Source: Candidatus Kerfeldbacteria bacterium (GTDB taxonomy: Bacteria > Patescibacteriota > Patescibacteriia > UBA9570 > XYC2-FULL-38-9). From it: a stretch of DNA of 64,000 bases. How positions within the stretch are numbered: the stretch's first letter is position 1; each line of letters starts with the position of its first letter. The position numbers were made by a program, and so were the translations under genes. The stretch lies in the NCBI GenBank assembly GCA_016182555.1, contig JACPGJ010000004.1, positions 78,751 to 142,750 on the forward strand. The letters run 5' to 3'. Shown one piece after another: positions 41,695 to 51,674 of this stretch. The notes under the pieces are model-generated. The model worked only from the letters and a program-made list of their open reading frames with translations, had not been told where the DNA came from and searched no databases.

Positions 41695-43719
41695 ATGAAC
41701 CTATCAGAAAAACTCATACAACTCGGTTTTACGAAAAACCAAGCCGCTGTCTACTCTTCTCTCATTGAGCTGGGTCAATGCAAGGCTAGCGAAATTATTA
41801 AAAAGACTGGCCTGCATAGAAATATTGTGTACGAAGCGCTCGATGAACTGGTACTGAAACGACTCGCTTTCAAAACGAGTAAGGGCGGCGTCGCACTGTT
41901 TCAACTTTCAGATGCAAACACACTGGTAAATGATGCTCAATCGCAATTAACAACAGCAAAAGATATTGCACAAGAGATCAACCACTTACGAAAAAAATCA
42001 ACTCATGAGATAAAACTCTATGAGGGAATGAATGGGCTCAAATCACATCGTGAAAGAGTGTTAGAAGATTTAAAAAATATCAATTCATCAGAAAAAGAAT
42101 TATTAATGCTCGGAACGACGCCAAAAGTATCTGGTGAGCCGTATGAATCCTTTTGGAAAAAATATCATGAACATCGTGCGAAAGAAGGAGTATCAGCGCG
42201 CATGCTATTTCCCGTAGAAAGTAAAAAACAAGCAGAAGCCCGCGCACAAATTCCCCTAACACAAACGAAATTGCTCCCTCAAGAAATGAAAAATCCAATC
42301 ATGATTGATGTTTGGAAAGATAATGCCGCATTTATGTTATTTGACGCTGATCCATTTATTATTTCTGTAAAAAACGCGCATCTTGCACAATCATTTCGAG
42401 AATATTTTGAAACACTGTGGCAACAAGACGCTACCGTGTATCGCGGAGTAGAGGGAATGAAAATAATTATGGAAGAATCGTTGAAGTATTCTGACAATTG
42501 GTTTATTGGTGGGAATGGAGGCATTGACCGTGTCATGCCAGAATATTGGGAAGAGTATAACAAACGCAGAATTGCAAAAAAAGTATGGTGGCACGATTTA
42601 GTAGATGTTGGATCACATTTACGTGGAGTTCAAGTATTACCGCCCGGGGTAAAAGATGAAGAACGATATATCGAATTTAAATATTTACCTGAGGAAGTGG
42701 GCTCAATATCAGTTATTTTTATTTATGGGAACTTTGTTGCAAATATTATTTGGGACGCCAAGCCAGAGCCCATTGCATTTGTGGTTGAAAATACAGATGT
42801 GGTAGAATCGTACAAAAAATATTTTAATTATCTGTGGAATCAGGATACGTTTGTCGTTACGGGTTTACCCGCCGTACAAGAACTATTTTATCGAAAAATG
42901 CGAGAACTAAAAGCAGGAGAAGAATATGTTGTGTTAGGAGCAAATTATGGTGTGGAAAGTAAGCAAGTACTGACGCAGTGGTTTATTGAATATCATGCGG
43001 AACGTAGCGCTCGAAAGATAAAAGTAAAATTATTAGGATTTGAAAATGACCAACAAAGATTAATGGAAGAAATTATTCAAGGCGGCGATCCGAAATTCGT
43101 TCATACAGAATTACGATTTTTGTCTGATGATTTTACTTCTCCTATGCAAATTAATATCTACCCAGATTCCATCATGATGGTGTACTGGGGGCTAGGTGAA
43201 AAAGCGGTTGCCGTTGAAATTCAACGAAAAGACATACAAAAATCAATGATGGCGTATTTTACCGGATTATGGAATCAAGATACGCATATCATCACCGGAC
43301 GAGAAAATGTGGAAAAATTACTACACAGAAAATTAGACGAAATGCATCCAGGAGAAAGGCATTATTGTTATGGTGGTCAATATGGAGAAAAAAATCCAGA
43401 ATATTTCTTTCGTTTTTGGAGTGATTTTAATGCAAAACGAAATGCAAAAGGAAATACAGTACAGTTAATTGGATTCGAGCATATTCGTAAAAACCTCTTG
43501 AAAGAAGTACAGGTTGGTGACACAGAAATGAAAAATGCTGAAGTTCGTTTTCTTGATCAAGAGCTACTCACTCCGACGCTAACAATGATCTACCCAAACA
43601 GCGCAGTAATTATTTTATGGGATTACGATGAAGCAATGGCCATTGAAACAACACGAGAATCAGCAAGAAAAATGCTCCTCAATCACTTTCAATCGTTGTG
43701 GAAAATTGCTAAACAGTAA
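41695..43719 (+). CDS. TrmB-family HTH regulator followed by four tandem approximately 145-aa C-domain repeats
   Basis: N-terminus LGFTKNQAAVYSSLIELGQCKASEI. Each repeat ends F..LWxQD(A/T) (FETLWQQDA, FNYLWNQDT, FTGLWNQDT, FQSLWKIA). Confidence 0.5.
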   Translation: MNLSEKLIQLGFTKNQAAVYSSLIELGQCKASEIIKKTGLHRNIVYEALDELVLKRLAFKTSKGGVALFQLSDANTLVNDAQSQLTTAKDIAQEINHLRKKSTHEIKLYEGMNGLKSHRERVLEDLKNINSSEKELLMLGTTPKVSGEPYESFWKKYHEHRAKEGVSARMLFPVESKKQAEARAQIPLTQTKLLPQEMKNPIMIDVWKDNAAFMLFDADPFIISVKNAHLAQSFREYFETLWQQDATVYRGVEGMKIIMEESLKYSDNWFIGGNGGIDRVMPEYWEEYNKRRIAKKVWWHDLVDVGSHLRGVQVLPPGVKDEERYIEFKYLPEEVGSISVIFIYGNFVANIIWDAKPEPIAFVVENTDVVESYKKYFNYLWNQDTFVVTGLPAVQELFYRKMRELKAGEEYVVLGANYGVESKQVLTQWFIEYHAERSARKIKVKLLGFENDQQRLMEEIIQGGDPKFVHTELRFLSDDFTSPMQINIYPDSIMMVYWGLGEKAVAVEIQRKDIQKSMMAYFTGLWNQDTHIITGRENVEKLLHRKLDEMHPGERHYCYGGQYGEKNPEYFFRFWSDFNAKRNAKGNTVQLIGFEHIRKNLLKEVQVGDTEMKNAEVRFLDQELLTPTLTMIYPNSAVIILWDYDEAMAIETTRESARKMLLNHFQSLWKIAKQ

Positions 43720-43794
43720 GCATCATAACTGTATAGTTGACGGGAACGCGGTTGTATTATAATATAGTACTGTACTATTAAATAATACAGCTAT

Positions 43795-44013
43795 ATGCGT
43801 TCTGTTATTACCATGAGCGTGCCTGAGGCAGTGAAAGCAAAAATTGATGCGATTTCGCGAAATGAACACCTCCCTCGAAGCCAGGTCATTCAATTGGCGC
43901 TGAACGAATTTTTTATCAAATACGAATTTGATCAAATTAGAAAATCTCTTGTTCCCAAAGCGCAAAAACTTGGTCTGTTTACTGATGAAGATGTCTTTGA
44001 ACGTCTGTCATGA
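43795..44013 (+). CDS. Ribbon-helix-helix (CopG/Arc-like) antitoxin
   Basis: Small basic N-terminal beta-strand plus two helices. 4-nt overlap with the downstream PIN gene. Confidence 0.5.
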   Translation: MRSVITMSVPEAVKAKIDAISRNEHLPRSQVIQLALNEFFIKYEFDQIRKSLVPKAQKLGLFTDEDVFERLS

Positions 44014-44438
44014 AAATCGTTTTTGATACAAATGTCATTATTGCCGCATTCATGACTCAGGGGTATTGTCATGAAATAGTGGAATATGCCTGTGAAAAAC
44101 ATCAAGTGATCGTGTCACCATATATTCTAAATGAATTAGAAAAAAAATTGGTGAAGAAGCTTCGTTTTCAACAAAAAGACGTGCGAAAAATTATTGGATA
44201 TTTGAATGAGCACTGTACACTGGCTTCTCGTGTACAAAAATTATCGCAACCTGCATCCAGAGACAAAACAGATGATCCGGTTATCGCTGTTGCGTTTCAA
44301 GAAAATGTTCATGCACTATTCAGTGGAGATAACGATCTATTAGTACTAAAAAAATATCAATACATTCCCATACTGGCGCCAAAAGCTTTTTGGGAATATG
44401 AATCTCAACAGCTCTTGGACACACATACTGTTGAATAG
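44010..44438 (+). CDS. PIN-domain toxin (VapC-like)
   Basis: MKIVFDTNVIIAAF start and conserved acidic residues. Confidence 0.7.
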   Translation: MKIVFDTNVIIAAFMTQGYCHEIVEYACEKHQVIVSPYILNELEKKLVKKLRFQQKDVRKIIGYLNEHCTLASRVQKLSQPASRDKTDDPVIAVAFQENVHALFSGDNDLLVLKKYQYIPILAPKAFWEYESQQLLDTHTVE

Positions 44439-44494
44439 CTGGGAGGGGCGCACGAGTTGATTCGATCAGTAATGTATGGCACAATAGCTCCACT

Positions 44495-45421
44495 ATGGTG
44501 ATATTTTTATACGGAGAAGATGGGTATCGGCGTGCACAGCGCGTTCAGGTGTTGCGTGATGCCTTTGTAAAAAAATTTGACTCGAGCAGCGTGAGCACAA
44601 GCGAGATCGCTGGCACGAATTTTTCCATAGACGAATTTCGAAAAGCGATACGCAGTGGTGGGCTGTTTACTCAAAAACGGTTTGTGGTATTGACCGATGT
44701 ATGGCATATTCCCTCGGACACTCAAAAACAATTGGCGCAAGAATTCGATAGTATCAGCGCAGATACGATCCTCTGCATCAGCGCAGAGACCCCGCCACGC
44801 AAAGACAATGCGTTATTCAAACGGTTGCTCACCGTCGATACCGTAGAGGCATACACGGCACTCACACAAACACAACTGCGTGGATTTATTCAAAAAACAT
44901 GTACAAAACTCAATGCGACTATCGATTCACGCGCAACTGAAAAACTGATGGTAACGTTCGGTAACGATCTATGGGCATTAACGCACGAAATTCACAAACT
45001 GGCCAATTACTCAAAACAGATTACGACAGACACGCTCGCCATATTCATTGATGAAGCACTGAACGATAATATTTTTCACCTCACGGATGCGCTGGGAAAC
45101 CGCAACGCCAAACGCGCAACGGAATTGCTGCATGATCAATTTGATTCTGGAGCGAATGCGCAATATCTCATTGCCATGCTTGGCCGACACATTGGTACCT
45201 TGCTCAAAGTAAAAAAAACCGCTGGCCGTGGATTGAAACTGCATTCATTCGTACTTGAAAAATCACTTGCTCAAGCAAAAAGATTTTCAGAACAAGAATT
45301 GGATTCACTGTATTGGCGATTACTAGAAATCGATCAAAAACTAAAAACAAGTAACACTTCAACGCCAATTCTCCTCGATCTCTATATCATCGACATCTGC
45401 CAAACAAAAACTCCCGCTTAA
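44495..45421 (+). CDS. holA: DNA polymerase III delta subunit
   Basis: Size and the N-terminal IFLYGEDGYRRAQ pattern of HolA. Lies upstream of rpsT, as in many genomes. Confidence 0.65.
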   Translation: MVIFLYGEDGYRRAQRVQVLRDAFVKKFDSSSVSTSEIAGTNFSIDEFRKAIRSGGLFTQKRFVVLTDVWHIPSDTQKQLAQEFDSISADTILCISAETPPRKDNALFKRLLTVDTVEAYTALTQTQLRGFIQKTCTKLNATIDSRATEKLMVTFGNDLWALTHEIHKLANYSKQITTDTLAIFIDEALNDNIFHLTDALGNRNAKRATELLHDQFDSGANAQYLIAMLGRHIGTLLKVKKTAGRGLKLHSFVLEKSLAQAKRFSEQELDSLYWRLLEIDQKLKTSNTSTPILLDLYIIDICQTKTPA

Positions 45422-45437
45422 TATGCGGGAGCTGCTG

Positions 45438-45704
45438 TTATTTCTTGAGTAGCGCGTTGAGTTTTCGTTGCAGCGCCGATTTATGTCGTGCGGCTTTGTT
45501 GCGGTGAATGGTGTTCGTTTTCGCTGCTTTATCAAGTGCTTGAATGACCTGCGAAATCATCGCTGCCGCATCTGCTGGGCTTGCAGCCAGGGCTTTCGTA
45601 AACTGCTTTGTCAACTCTTTAATTTTTTTCTTCTTTGCATCGTTGCGTGTAGTACGCTTTTTGGTTTGGCGCAATGCCTTTTTTGCCGCGTTAATATTTG
45701 GCAT
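45438..45704 (-). CDS. rpsT: 30S ribosomal protein S20
   Basis: MPNINAAKKALRQTKKRTTRN. Start taken at the internal Met of the listed ORF. Confidence 0.85.
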   Translation of the reverse strand: MPNINAAKKALRQTKKRTTRNDAKKKKIKELTKQFTKALAASPADAAAMISQVIQALDKAAKTNTIHRNKAARHKSALQRKLNALLKK

Positions 45705-45778
45705 GGTAAACAAATTTAATTCATGAAGTAAGTGAGAGCGAGTGTGAAGATACCATACGAACAAAATTTTGACAAGCC

Positions 45779-46171
45779 CTACGGCCGTATGAACGAACTT
45801 TTATAGCGTTCGGGCATATAGGCATCTACACGTACCACTTGCCACCCGCCTTCCGGTAACTGTGCCCGTTGGTCATACCCTAAACAGATCACATCTGGAG
45901 CAATGTCTTCCAACACCTGCAAGTGCTCCCCCCATTTTTCGTAACCAAGACGCGCTTCATCAACTGCAAAATATGTGGCGACGTTTGCCAGACGCGTGGC
46001 TTCGGTATCATGTGGGCGCTTGCCTTTGATACGTTCAACATTGTTGTCTCGCGCGACCACCACCACTAACCGCGTACCGTGTTTTTTTGCCTCGCGCAAA
46101 AAATATTCATGTCCTGGATGAAATACATCGTATGTGCCAAATGCGAGAACAGTTTTCGGTTTTGCCGTCAT
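45779..46171 (-). CDS. Cytidylyl/adenylyltransferase-like nucleotidyltransferase (HxGH class)
   Basis: AFGTYDVFHPGHEYFLREAKK motif. Start taken at M14 to avoid overlap with uvrB. Confidence 0.55.
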   Translation of the reverse strand: MTAKPKTVLAFGTYDVFHPGHEYFLREAKKHGTRLVVVVARDNNVERIKGKRPHDTEATRLANVATYFAVDEARLGYEKWGEHLQVLEDIAPDVICLGYDQRAQLPEGGWQVVRVDAYMPERYKSSFIRP

Positions 46172-46172
46172 A

Positions 46173-48194
46173 CTATCGTTTCTTCTTACGCGTGCTTTTC
46201 TTTTTTCCAAACAATCCGCTTGGGCGCTCTTTCTCTAATTGCTCAATTTGGTCACGCAACGTTGCCGCTTTTTCAAATTCCAAATTCTGCGCGGCCAACT
46301 GCATTTGTGCATACAAATCTTTCAACAAGTGCTCGTACTCTTCTTCGTGTAAATTTTTTGCGGCGTCCATTGCGGGGAATCCGACCGGTTCTTCTTCTTT
46401 TTTGCCGCCCAAACGATCATCACGAATGCGTTTTAAAATAGTTTGTGGCGTGATTCCGTGTTTTGTATTATACGCTAACTGAATCGCACGGCGGCGATTG
46501 ACTTCATCTATTGCACGCTGCATAGAACCAGTAATGGTGTCTGCGTACATAATCACGGTACCATCAATGTGCCGTGCAGCACGACCCATCGTTTGAATCA
46601 GTGAAGTGTCAGAACGCAAGAATCCTTCTTTGTCGGCATCAATAATGGCAACCAAAGACACCTCCGGCAAATCCAACCCCTCGCGCAACAAGTTAATACC
46701 CACCAACACATCATACGTTCCTAAGCGCAAGTCGCGTAAAATTTCGAGACGCTCTAACGTGTCCACTTCCGAATGTAAGTACTGCACTGCAACTCCTTTT
46801 TCGTTCAAAAAATCAGCCAGCTCTTCGGCCATGCGTTTTGTGAGTGTCGTCACCAATACGCGTTGCTTTTGATCCGTGCGTTTCACAATCTCTTCCAACA
46901 AATTCGGAATTTGTCCGCGGGTGGGGCGAATATCAATATGCGGTTCTGTAATACCGGTCGGACGAATAATTTGTTCCGCAATCACTTTTGCGCGTTCTTT
47001 TTCATAGGGCCCGGGAGTCGCGGAAATATAAATCGTCTGCCCCATGCGTTGCTCAAATTCTGAAAATTGTAACGGCCGATTATCAAACGCCGCTTGCATA
47101 CGAAATCCGTGTTGCACCAACATCTCTTTGCGAGAACGATCTCCGGCATACATGCCACGAATCTGCGGAACAGACTGATGAGATTCATCTATAAGCAGTA
47201 AATAGTCTTTTGGGAAATAATCAAATAGCGTAAATGGTGTTTCACCGGGGGTTCGCCCATCAAAATAACGCGAATAATTTTCAATACCATTCACAAACCC
47301 CACATTTTGAATCATCTCCAAATCGTATTTTACGCGTTGCTCTAAACGATGCGCTTCAAATTCTTTTCCCGCGGCTTTGAACGCCGCCACTTCTTTTTCC
47401 AAATCCATGCGCATCTGTTGCAACGCTTGTTCAAAGTGCACAGTTTGCGCCTGATACAATGTTGCTGGGTAAATATCTACCTCATCAAATTCATTGATCA
47501 CTTCTCCGGTGAGCGTGTCTACTTCTTGAATACGCTCCAGTGTTTCACCAAAAAAATCAAACCGGTGCGCGGTGTGTTCCGCCGATTTTTGAAACACCTC
47601 CACAATATCGCCACGTACACGAAATGTGCCACGGAAAAAATCGATATCGTTTCGTTGATAATTCATCTCTACCAACTTAATCAACATTTGTCGACGGTTC
47701 ACGCCGTTCTCTTTGCTCACATGAAAACTGGCGCGTTTATATTCTTGTGGTGAACCTAAACCGTAAATACACGAAACCGATGCAACAATAATCGTATCAC
47801 GGCGAGAGAGCACGCTTTGCACTGCCGCATGACGCAAACGGTCGATCTCTTCATTTAACTGCGTTTCTTTTTCTATGTACGTGTCAGATTTAGCAATGTA
47901 TGCTTCGGGTTGATAATAGTCGTAGTAGGAAACAAAATATTGCACGGCGTTGTGCGGAAAAAATTCACGAAACTCTGAAGCGAGTTGCGCGGCGAGTGTT
48001 TTGTTATGCGAAATGACGAGTGTCGGGCGTTGAAGTTTTTGAATCACTTGTGATGCTGTGTACGTTTTCCCGCTGCCCGTTACACCCAATAAAATCGAAT
48101 TCCGTTCACCTTTTTCCACAGCCGAAACCAGTGTTTTTATCGCTTCTGGCTGGTCTCCACTGGGTTTGAAAGGAGCTTCCAATTGAAATTTCAT
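46173..48194 (-). CDS. uvrB: Excinuclease ABC subunit B
   Basis: GVTGSGKT Walker A, helicase motifs, and a C-terminal UvrB/UvrC-interaction (UVR) coiled coil. Confidence 0.95.
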   Translation of the reverse strand: MKFQLEAPFKPSGDQPEAIKTLVSAVEKGERNSILLGVTGSGKTYTASQVIQKLQRPTLVISHNKTLAAQLASEFREFFPHNAVQYFVSYYDYYQPEAYIAKSDTYIEKETQLNEEIDRLRHAAVQSVLSRRDTIIVASVSCIYGLGSPQEYKRASFHVSKENGVNRRQMLIKLVEMNYQRNDIDFFRGTFRVRGDIVEVFQKSAEHTAHRFDFFGETLERIQEVDTLTGEVINEFDEVDIYPATLYQAQTVHFEQALQQMRMDLEKEVAAFKAAGKEFEAHRLEQRVKYDLEMIQNVGFVNGIENYSRYFDGRTPGETPFTLFDYFPKDYLLLIDESHQSVPQIRGMYAGDRSRKEMLVQHGFRMQAAFDNRPLQFSEFEQRMGQTIYISATPGPYEKERAKVIAEQIIRPTGITEPHIDIRPTRGQIPNLLEEIVKRTDQKQRVLVTTLTKRMAEELADFLNEKGVAVQYLHSEVDTLERLEILRDLRLGTYDVLVGINLLREGLDLPEVSLVAIIDADKEGFLRSDTSLIQTMGRAARHIDGTVIMYADTITGSMQRAIDEVNRRRAIQLAYNTKHGITPQTILKRIRDDRLGGKKEEEPVGFPAMDAAKNLHEEEYEHLLKDLYAQMQLAAQNLEFEKAATLRDQIEQLEKERPSGLFGKKKSTRKKKR

Positions 48195-48305
48195 AGGTGC
48201 TTGTACTATAATCGACTTTCACCCTTTTGCCAAAAATTCTTGGAACAGCTTGTTTCTTGACTGTTTACAGTTGACAGTAAACTGTAAACAGTCTATACTA
48301 AGTAT

Positions 48306-49292
48306 ATGAAAAATAGTATAGATGAAAAAATAATTGCTTATATTAGCCAAAAAAATCAAGCTTCTCCGATAGAGCTGGTGGGTTATTTGAGTATTTCTCG
48401 ACAAACCGTAGCTAAAAAGCTAAAAAAACTTATCGAACAGGGAAAGCTATCAAAAACCGGGGCTCCACCAAAAGTATTTTATTCTCTCGCCTCTCCAAAA
48501 GAGCTCACGGCGAACAAGGTAGTCACGGTTCTCGCGCCAGATATTGCTCGCATTATTAACGAACGCTATTTGTATACATCACCCGCTGGAGAAATGAAAG
48601 AGGGTGTTGCGGGGTTCAACTATTGGTGCAACAAAACCGGGCAGCCGGTAAAAAAAACAGCTCAAGAATATATTCACACACTCGCCAAATATGATGCATA
48701 TAAAAAACATGGGTATATCAACGGCATGAAAAAATTCCGCAGTACATTTACAGAAATATTTCTGGATGAAATTTTCTATCTTGATTTTTATAGCATCGAG
48801 CGTTTTGGAAAAACCCGTTTGGGTCAACTACTTCTCTATGCAAAACAAGGACAGAACCGGCGATTGATGAACCAATTGGTGAATGACATACGCCCACACG
48901 TTGAATATCTGATTGCAGAATACCGTATTGATGCCATCGGATTTATTCCACCAACCGTGAAGCGCGAAGTGCAGCTTATGCATGAATTGAAACGGCGCTT
49001 GGCAGTACCACAACGTAACATTGCTCTTACAAAAGTGACTAGCGATGTTGCGGTGCCACAAAAAACACTTTCCAAATTAGAAGATCGTATTGAAAATGCG
49101 AATAAAACAATTCTACTCACAGAAAAACAACCGGAAAAAAATATTTTACTTATCGATGATGCCGTTGGTTCTGGCGCTACACTCAATGAAGTCGCTCAAA
49201 AACTACGCACACAAAATTTGTGTACCGGAAAAATTATTGGCCTCGCCATTACCGGCAGCTTCAAAAGATTTGATGTAGTTAGCGAAGTATAG
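48306..49292 (+). CDS. wHTH domain fused to a type I phosphoribosyltransferase domain
   Basis: N-terminus LVGYLSISRQTVAKKLKKL. C-terminal PRPP-binding loop ILLIDDAVGSGATLNEV. Confidence 0.5.
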   Translation: MKNSIDEKIIAYISQKNQASPIELVGYLSISRQTVAKKLKKLIEQGKLSKTGAPPKVFYSLASPKELTANKVVTVLAPDIARIINERYLYTSPAGEMKEGVAGFNYWCNKTGQPVKKTAQEYIHTLAKYDAYKKHGYINGMKKFRSTFTEIFLDEIFYLDFYSIERFGKTRLGQLLLYAKQGQNRRLMNQLVNDIRPHVEYLIAEYRIDAIGFIPPTVKREVQLMHELKRRLAVPQRNIALTKVTSDVAVPQKTLSKLEDRIENANKTILLTEKQPEKNILLIDDAVGSGATLNEVAQKLRTQNLCTGKIIGLAITGSFKRFDVVSEV

Positions 49293-49313
49293 ACTATTCA
49301 TCCGATCATCACT

Positions 49314-49892
49314 ATGAAACAGTTTGACCCACATCGCTATCACATCATCGGCATGAGTCCGGGAAACAGTTACTTCAAAGATGAAGAGGTACATTATTTG
49401 CTCAAAAGTATCGTTGATCGTTTCGGCAGAGTCGCTATTCTGATTGCTGATATTCCTGCAGTCTCTACATGTGTCGCTTTAGGGTACCCAGAAAACCGAG
49501 CACGGCGTGACAAAGCTTTGCCAAAAGGAAATGCGTTAAAAAACCGGGTTCGCAAAACGATTGCGGGTGTTGATTTTCCGCACAACCGTCAAGTCTACGT
49601 TCCGCAACTCTCTGACAATATGGAAACGCTGCGCTTTGTTGCTGACGGACGTGCGGATTTTACATTTGTTGAACCATTTCTTGCTGAATATTTTAATACT
49701 TGTTCTCATCTGAAGGTCACGTCGTGTTCAACAACGCCGATTCGAATGTATGAGAATACGTTTATGCTTAAACGAAACGAGCAGCGATTGAAAGAGTTGC
49801 TTGATAGGGAAATTCAGTCTATCAAACAGAGTGGTTTTCTGAAAAAATTGATCAAAAAATATACCAAATCAGAGGATACGTTTGTGTTTTAA
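49314..49892 (+). CDS. Cyclodipeptide synthase (CDPS)-like protein, short form
   Basis: YHIIGMSPGNSYFKDEEV matches the CDPS catalytic-Ser motif (compare AlbC/YvmC GISxxNSxFS). Following FGRVAILIAD and KGNALKNRVRK blocks parallel AlbC. About 45 aa shorter than characterised CDPSs. Confidence 0.45.
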   Translation: MKQFDPHRYHIIGMSPGNSYFKDEEVHYLLKSIVDRFGRVAILIADIPAVSTCVALGYPENRARRDKALPKGNALKNRVRKTIAGVDFPHNRQVYVPQLSDNMETLRFVADGRADFTFVEPFLAEYFNTCSHLKVTSCSTTPIRMYENTFMLKRNEQRLKELLDREIQSIKQSGFLKKLIKKYTKSEDTFVF

Positions 49893-49924
49893 TCCGTGCT
49901 GGAAATTTCAGCCGCTCTATTCTG

Positions 49925-50293
49925 ATGCAAACAAAATTACTGCGTACATTGAGTGTAAATAAACAAGGGGCCGCACTTATTCGAAAAGCAAAAAAGATTT
50001 TTATTGATAACACCACATTGTTGTATGCAATCAACGGTGAGCTAGGAAAGCAGACAAATGTCGGAACACAGCGGGAATTGTTTGTGCTCAATCAGTTACA
50101 GAATGCGGGATACGTGCCCACCCATAGTACCAGCGGGGATATAATAGTAAATAAAATAGTTCTAGCGGTTGGAGGAAAAAATAAAGATCGATCTCAAATC
50201 GCTCACACCAATCATGCATATCTTGTTCTCGATGATATACTCATTGGAGATAAATACACTATTCCCTTGTACTTGTTCGGATTTCTGTATTAG
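49925..50293 (+). CDS. Hypothetical protein
   Basis: Complete ORF downstream of the CDPS-like gene. No recognisable motifs. Confidence 0.3.
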   Translation: MQTKLLRTLSVNKQGAALIRKAKKIFIDNTTLLYAINGELGKQTNVGTQRELFVLNQLQNAGYVPTHSTSGDIIVNKIVLAVGGKNKDRSQIAHTNHAYLVLDDILIGDKYTIPLYLFGFLY

Positions 50294-51048
50294 GATTTCA
50301 TGCTCACGTTCCAGAGAAAATCGAAAATGTGGCGGAAGGAGAAAGCGAGGTCTGGGGAATAGATAATAAATGCGGCGGATTCTTTTTTGGTGGAGATCAC
50401 AGCGATATTATTTTCGTAGATGTATATGGAAGATTTTAAATCCACATACGCTGGCAAATAGCGAATTTGTCGTAAATATTTTTCTTCTTCCATAAATATT
50501 GCTTCACCGCGCACGTCACGGCCCTTCACGCGGAGGGACTTTGATTGAATGCCTTTTTTCACACGCCGGGCTACCCAAGTTTTCATGTACGCCTTGTCCA
50601 CCATCGAATAGGTAAGGTTCTGGGGAGATAAATAACAATATTCTTTTTTGGTCACCGCTAAAATATCTTCAAACACTTCGCGAGCTGCATGAGTACCCGT
50701 GAACATTTGCACAAACGGTTGCTTCCCTTCTTCGGCATAGAGTGCTAAAAAATCAGGCAATAGGTCTTTCAACTGTTGCTTCTGTTGATCGAATTTTTTA
50801 TACAGTTCTTTGGGGTGCAGCGGTACAAATATTTTCCGCTTTCCTTCGTGCAGCGTATGCATATAGCCACGCTGTTCCAATACACGTAAATTGTCATATA
50901 CCGCAGTACGCCCCAACCCAACTGTATCCGCAATCTCTTTTGCCGTTGCTTCACCCAGCGACAATGTAGCCAAATAGACCTGCGCCCGCTGTTCATCCAA
51001 CCCTGTTGTTATAAGCCATTGGAGTAATTGTGTATTCATATTTTTCAA
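50290..51048 (-). CDS. TrmB-family HTH regulator with a single C-domain (paralogue of the 41695 gene)
   Basis: N-terminus RAQVYLATLSLGEATAKEIADTVG. C-terminus FDFLWNVS. Confidence 0.5.
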   Translation of the reverse strand: MKNMNTQLLQWLITTGLDEQRAQVYLATLSLGEATAKEIADTVGLGRTAVYDNLRVLEQRGYMHTLHEGKRKIFVPLHPKELYKKFDQQKQQLKDLLPDFLALYAEEGKQPFVQMFTGTHAAREVFEDILAVTKKEYCYLSPQNLTYSMVDKAYMKTWVARRVKKGIQSKSLRVKGRDVRGEAIFMEEEKYLRQIRYLPAYVDLKSSIYIYENNIAVISTKKESAAFIIYSPDLAFSFRHIFDFLWNVSMKS

Positions 51049-51206
51049 TTTTTTTTGACATCTTATTTATTAAAAAGTATTTATTATTAGCCAAAATATT
51101 CACTTCGCGTATTATTCTTCATTTTTATTTTATACTCTTTTGTTGTCGCTGTACAGTAACTTCGTTAATCGCTCTTCACAACTTATTTCTTATTTGGAGG
51201 AACCCC

Positions 51207-51641
51207 ATGAAAACGCTCATCATTTTCTTTTGTGTTGAGTCTAAGGAGAGCAATCCTTTGACCGAAGATGATTGTAAAGAGGTTAGTCACATTGCTGAAA
51301 AGCTGGGGACGATAGTGAACACTGTACCAACTATTCTTTCTCCCAGCGGTCGTCGTTCGTCAGATAGCGCACAAATCATCGCTTCTGCATTCTCAACCAC
51401 CGCTGAAGAATCCAAAACTCTCTGGAGGGAAAGCCATCACGAAGTGCTTGATTTGGTACTCTCTCAAAAAACTGAAACGGTGATTCTGGTCAGTGACAGG
51501 GAGGTGTCAGCGTTAGGATTCTTCTTTCATTTTTGCAGAAATAATTTTTTGTTACAAAGCGTAGCGGCGCTTCCATCACGAAAACCCAAAGCAGTGGTTA
51601 TAGACTGCACACAGAGGTTGGTCACTATCGTTCATTCCTAG
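51207..51641 (+). CDS. Hypothetical protein, SixA/histidine-phosphatase-like fold lacking the RHG catalytic motif
   Basis: GGAGG RBS 8 nt upstream. ILSPSGRRSSDSAQI and VILVSDREVSAL parallel SixA blocks, but the N-terminal RHG is absent. Confidence 0.3.
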   Translation: MKTLIIFFCVESKESNPLTEDDCKEVSHIAEKLGTIVNTVPTILSPSGRRSSDSAQIIASAFSTTAEESKTLWRESHHEVLDLVLSQKTETVILVSDREVSALGFFFHFCRNNFLLQSVAALPSRKPKAVVIDCTQRLVTIVHS

Positions 51642-51674
51642 GGGACAACCATCTCAATTACAACGAGGGGATAC

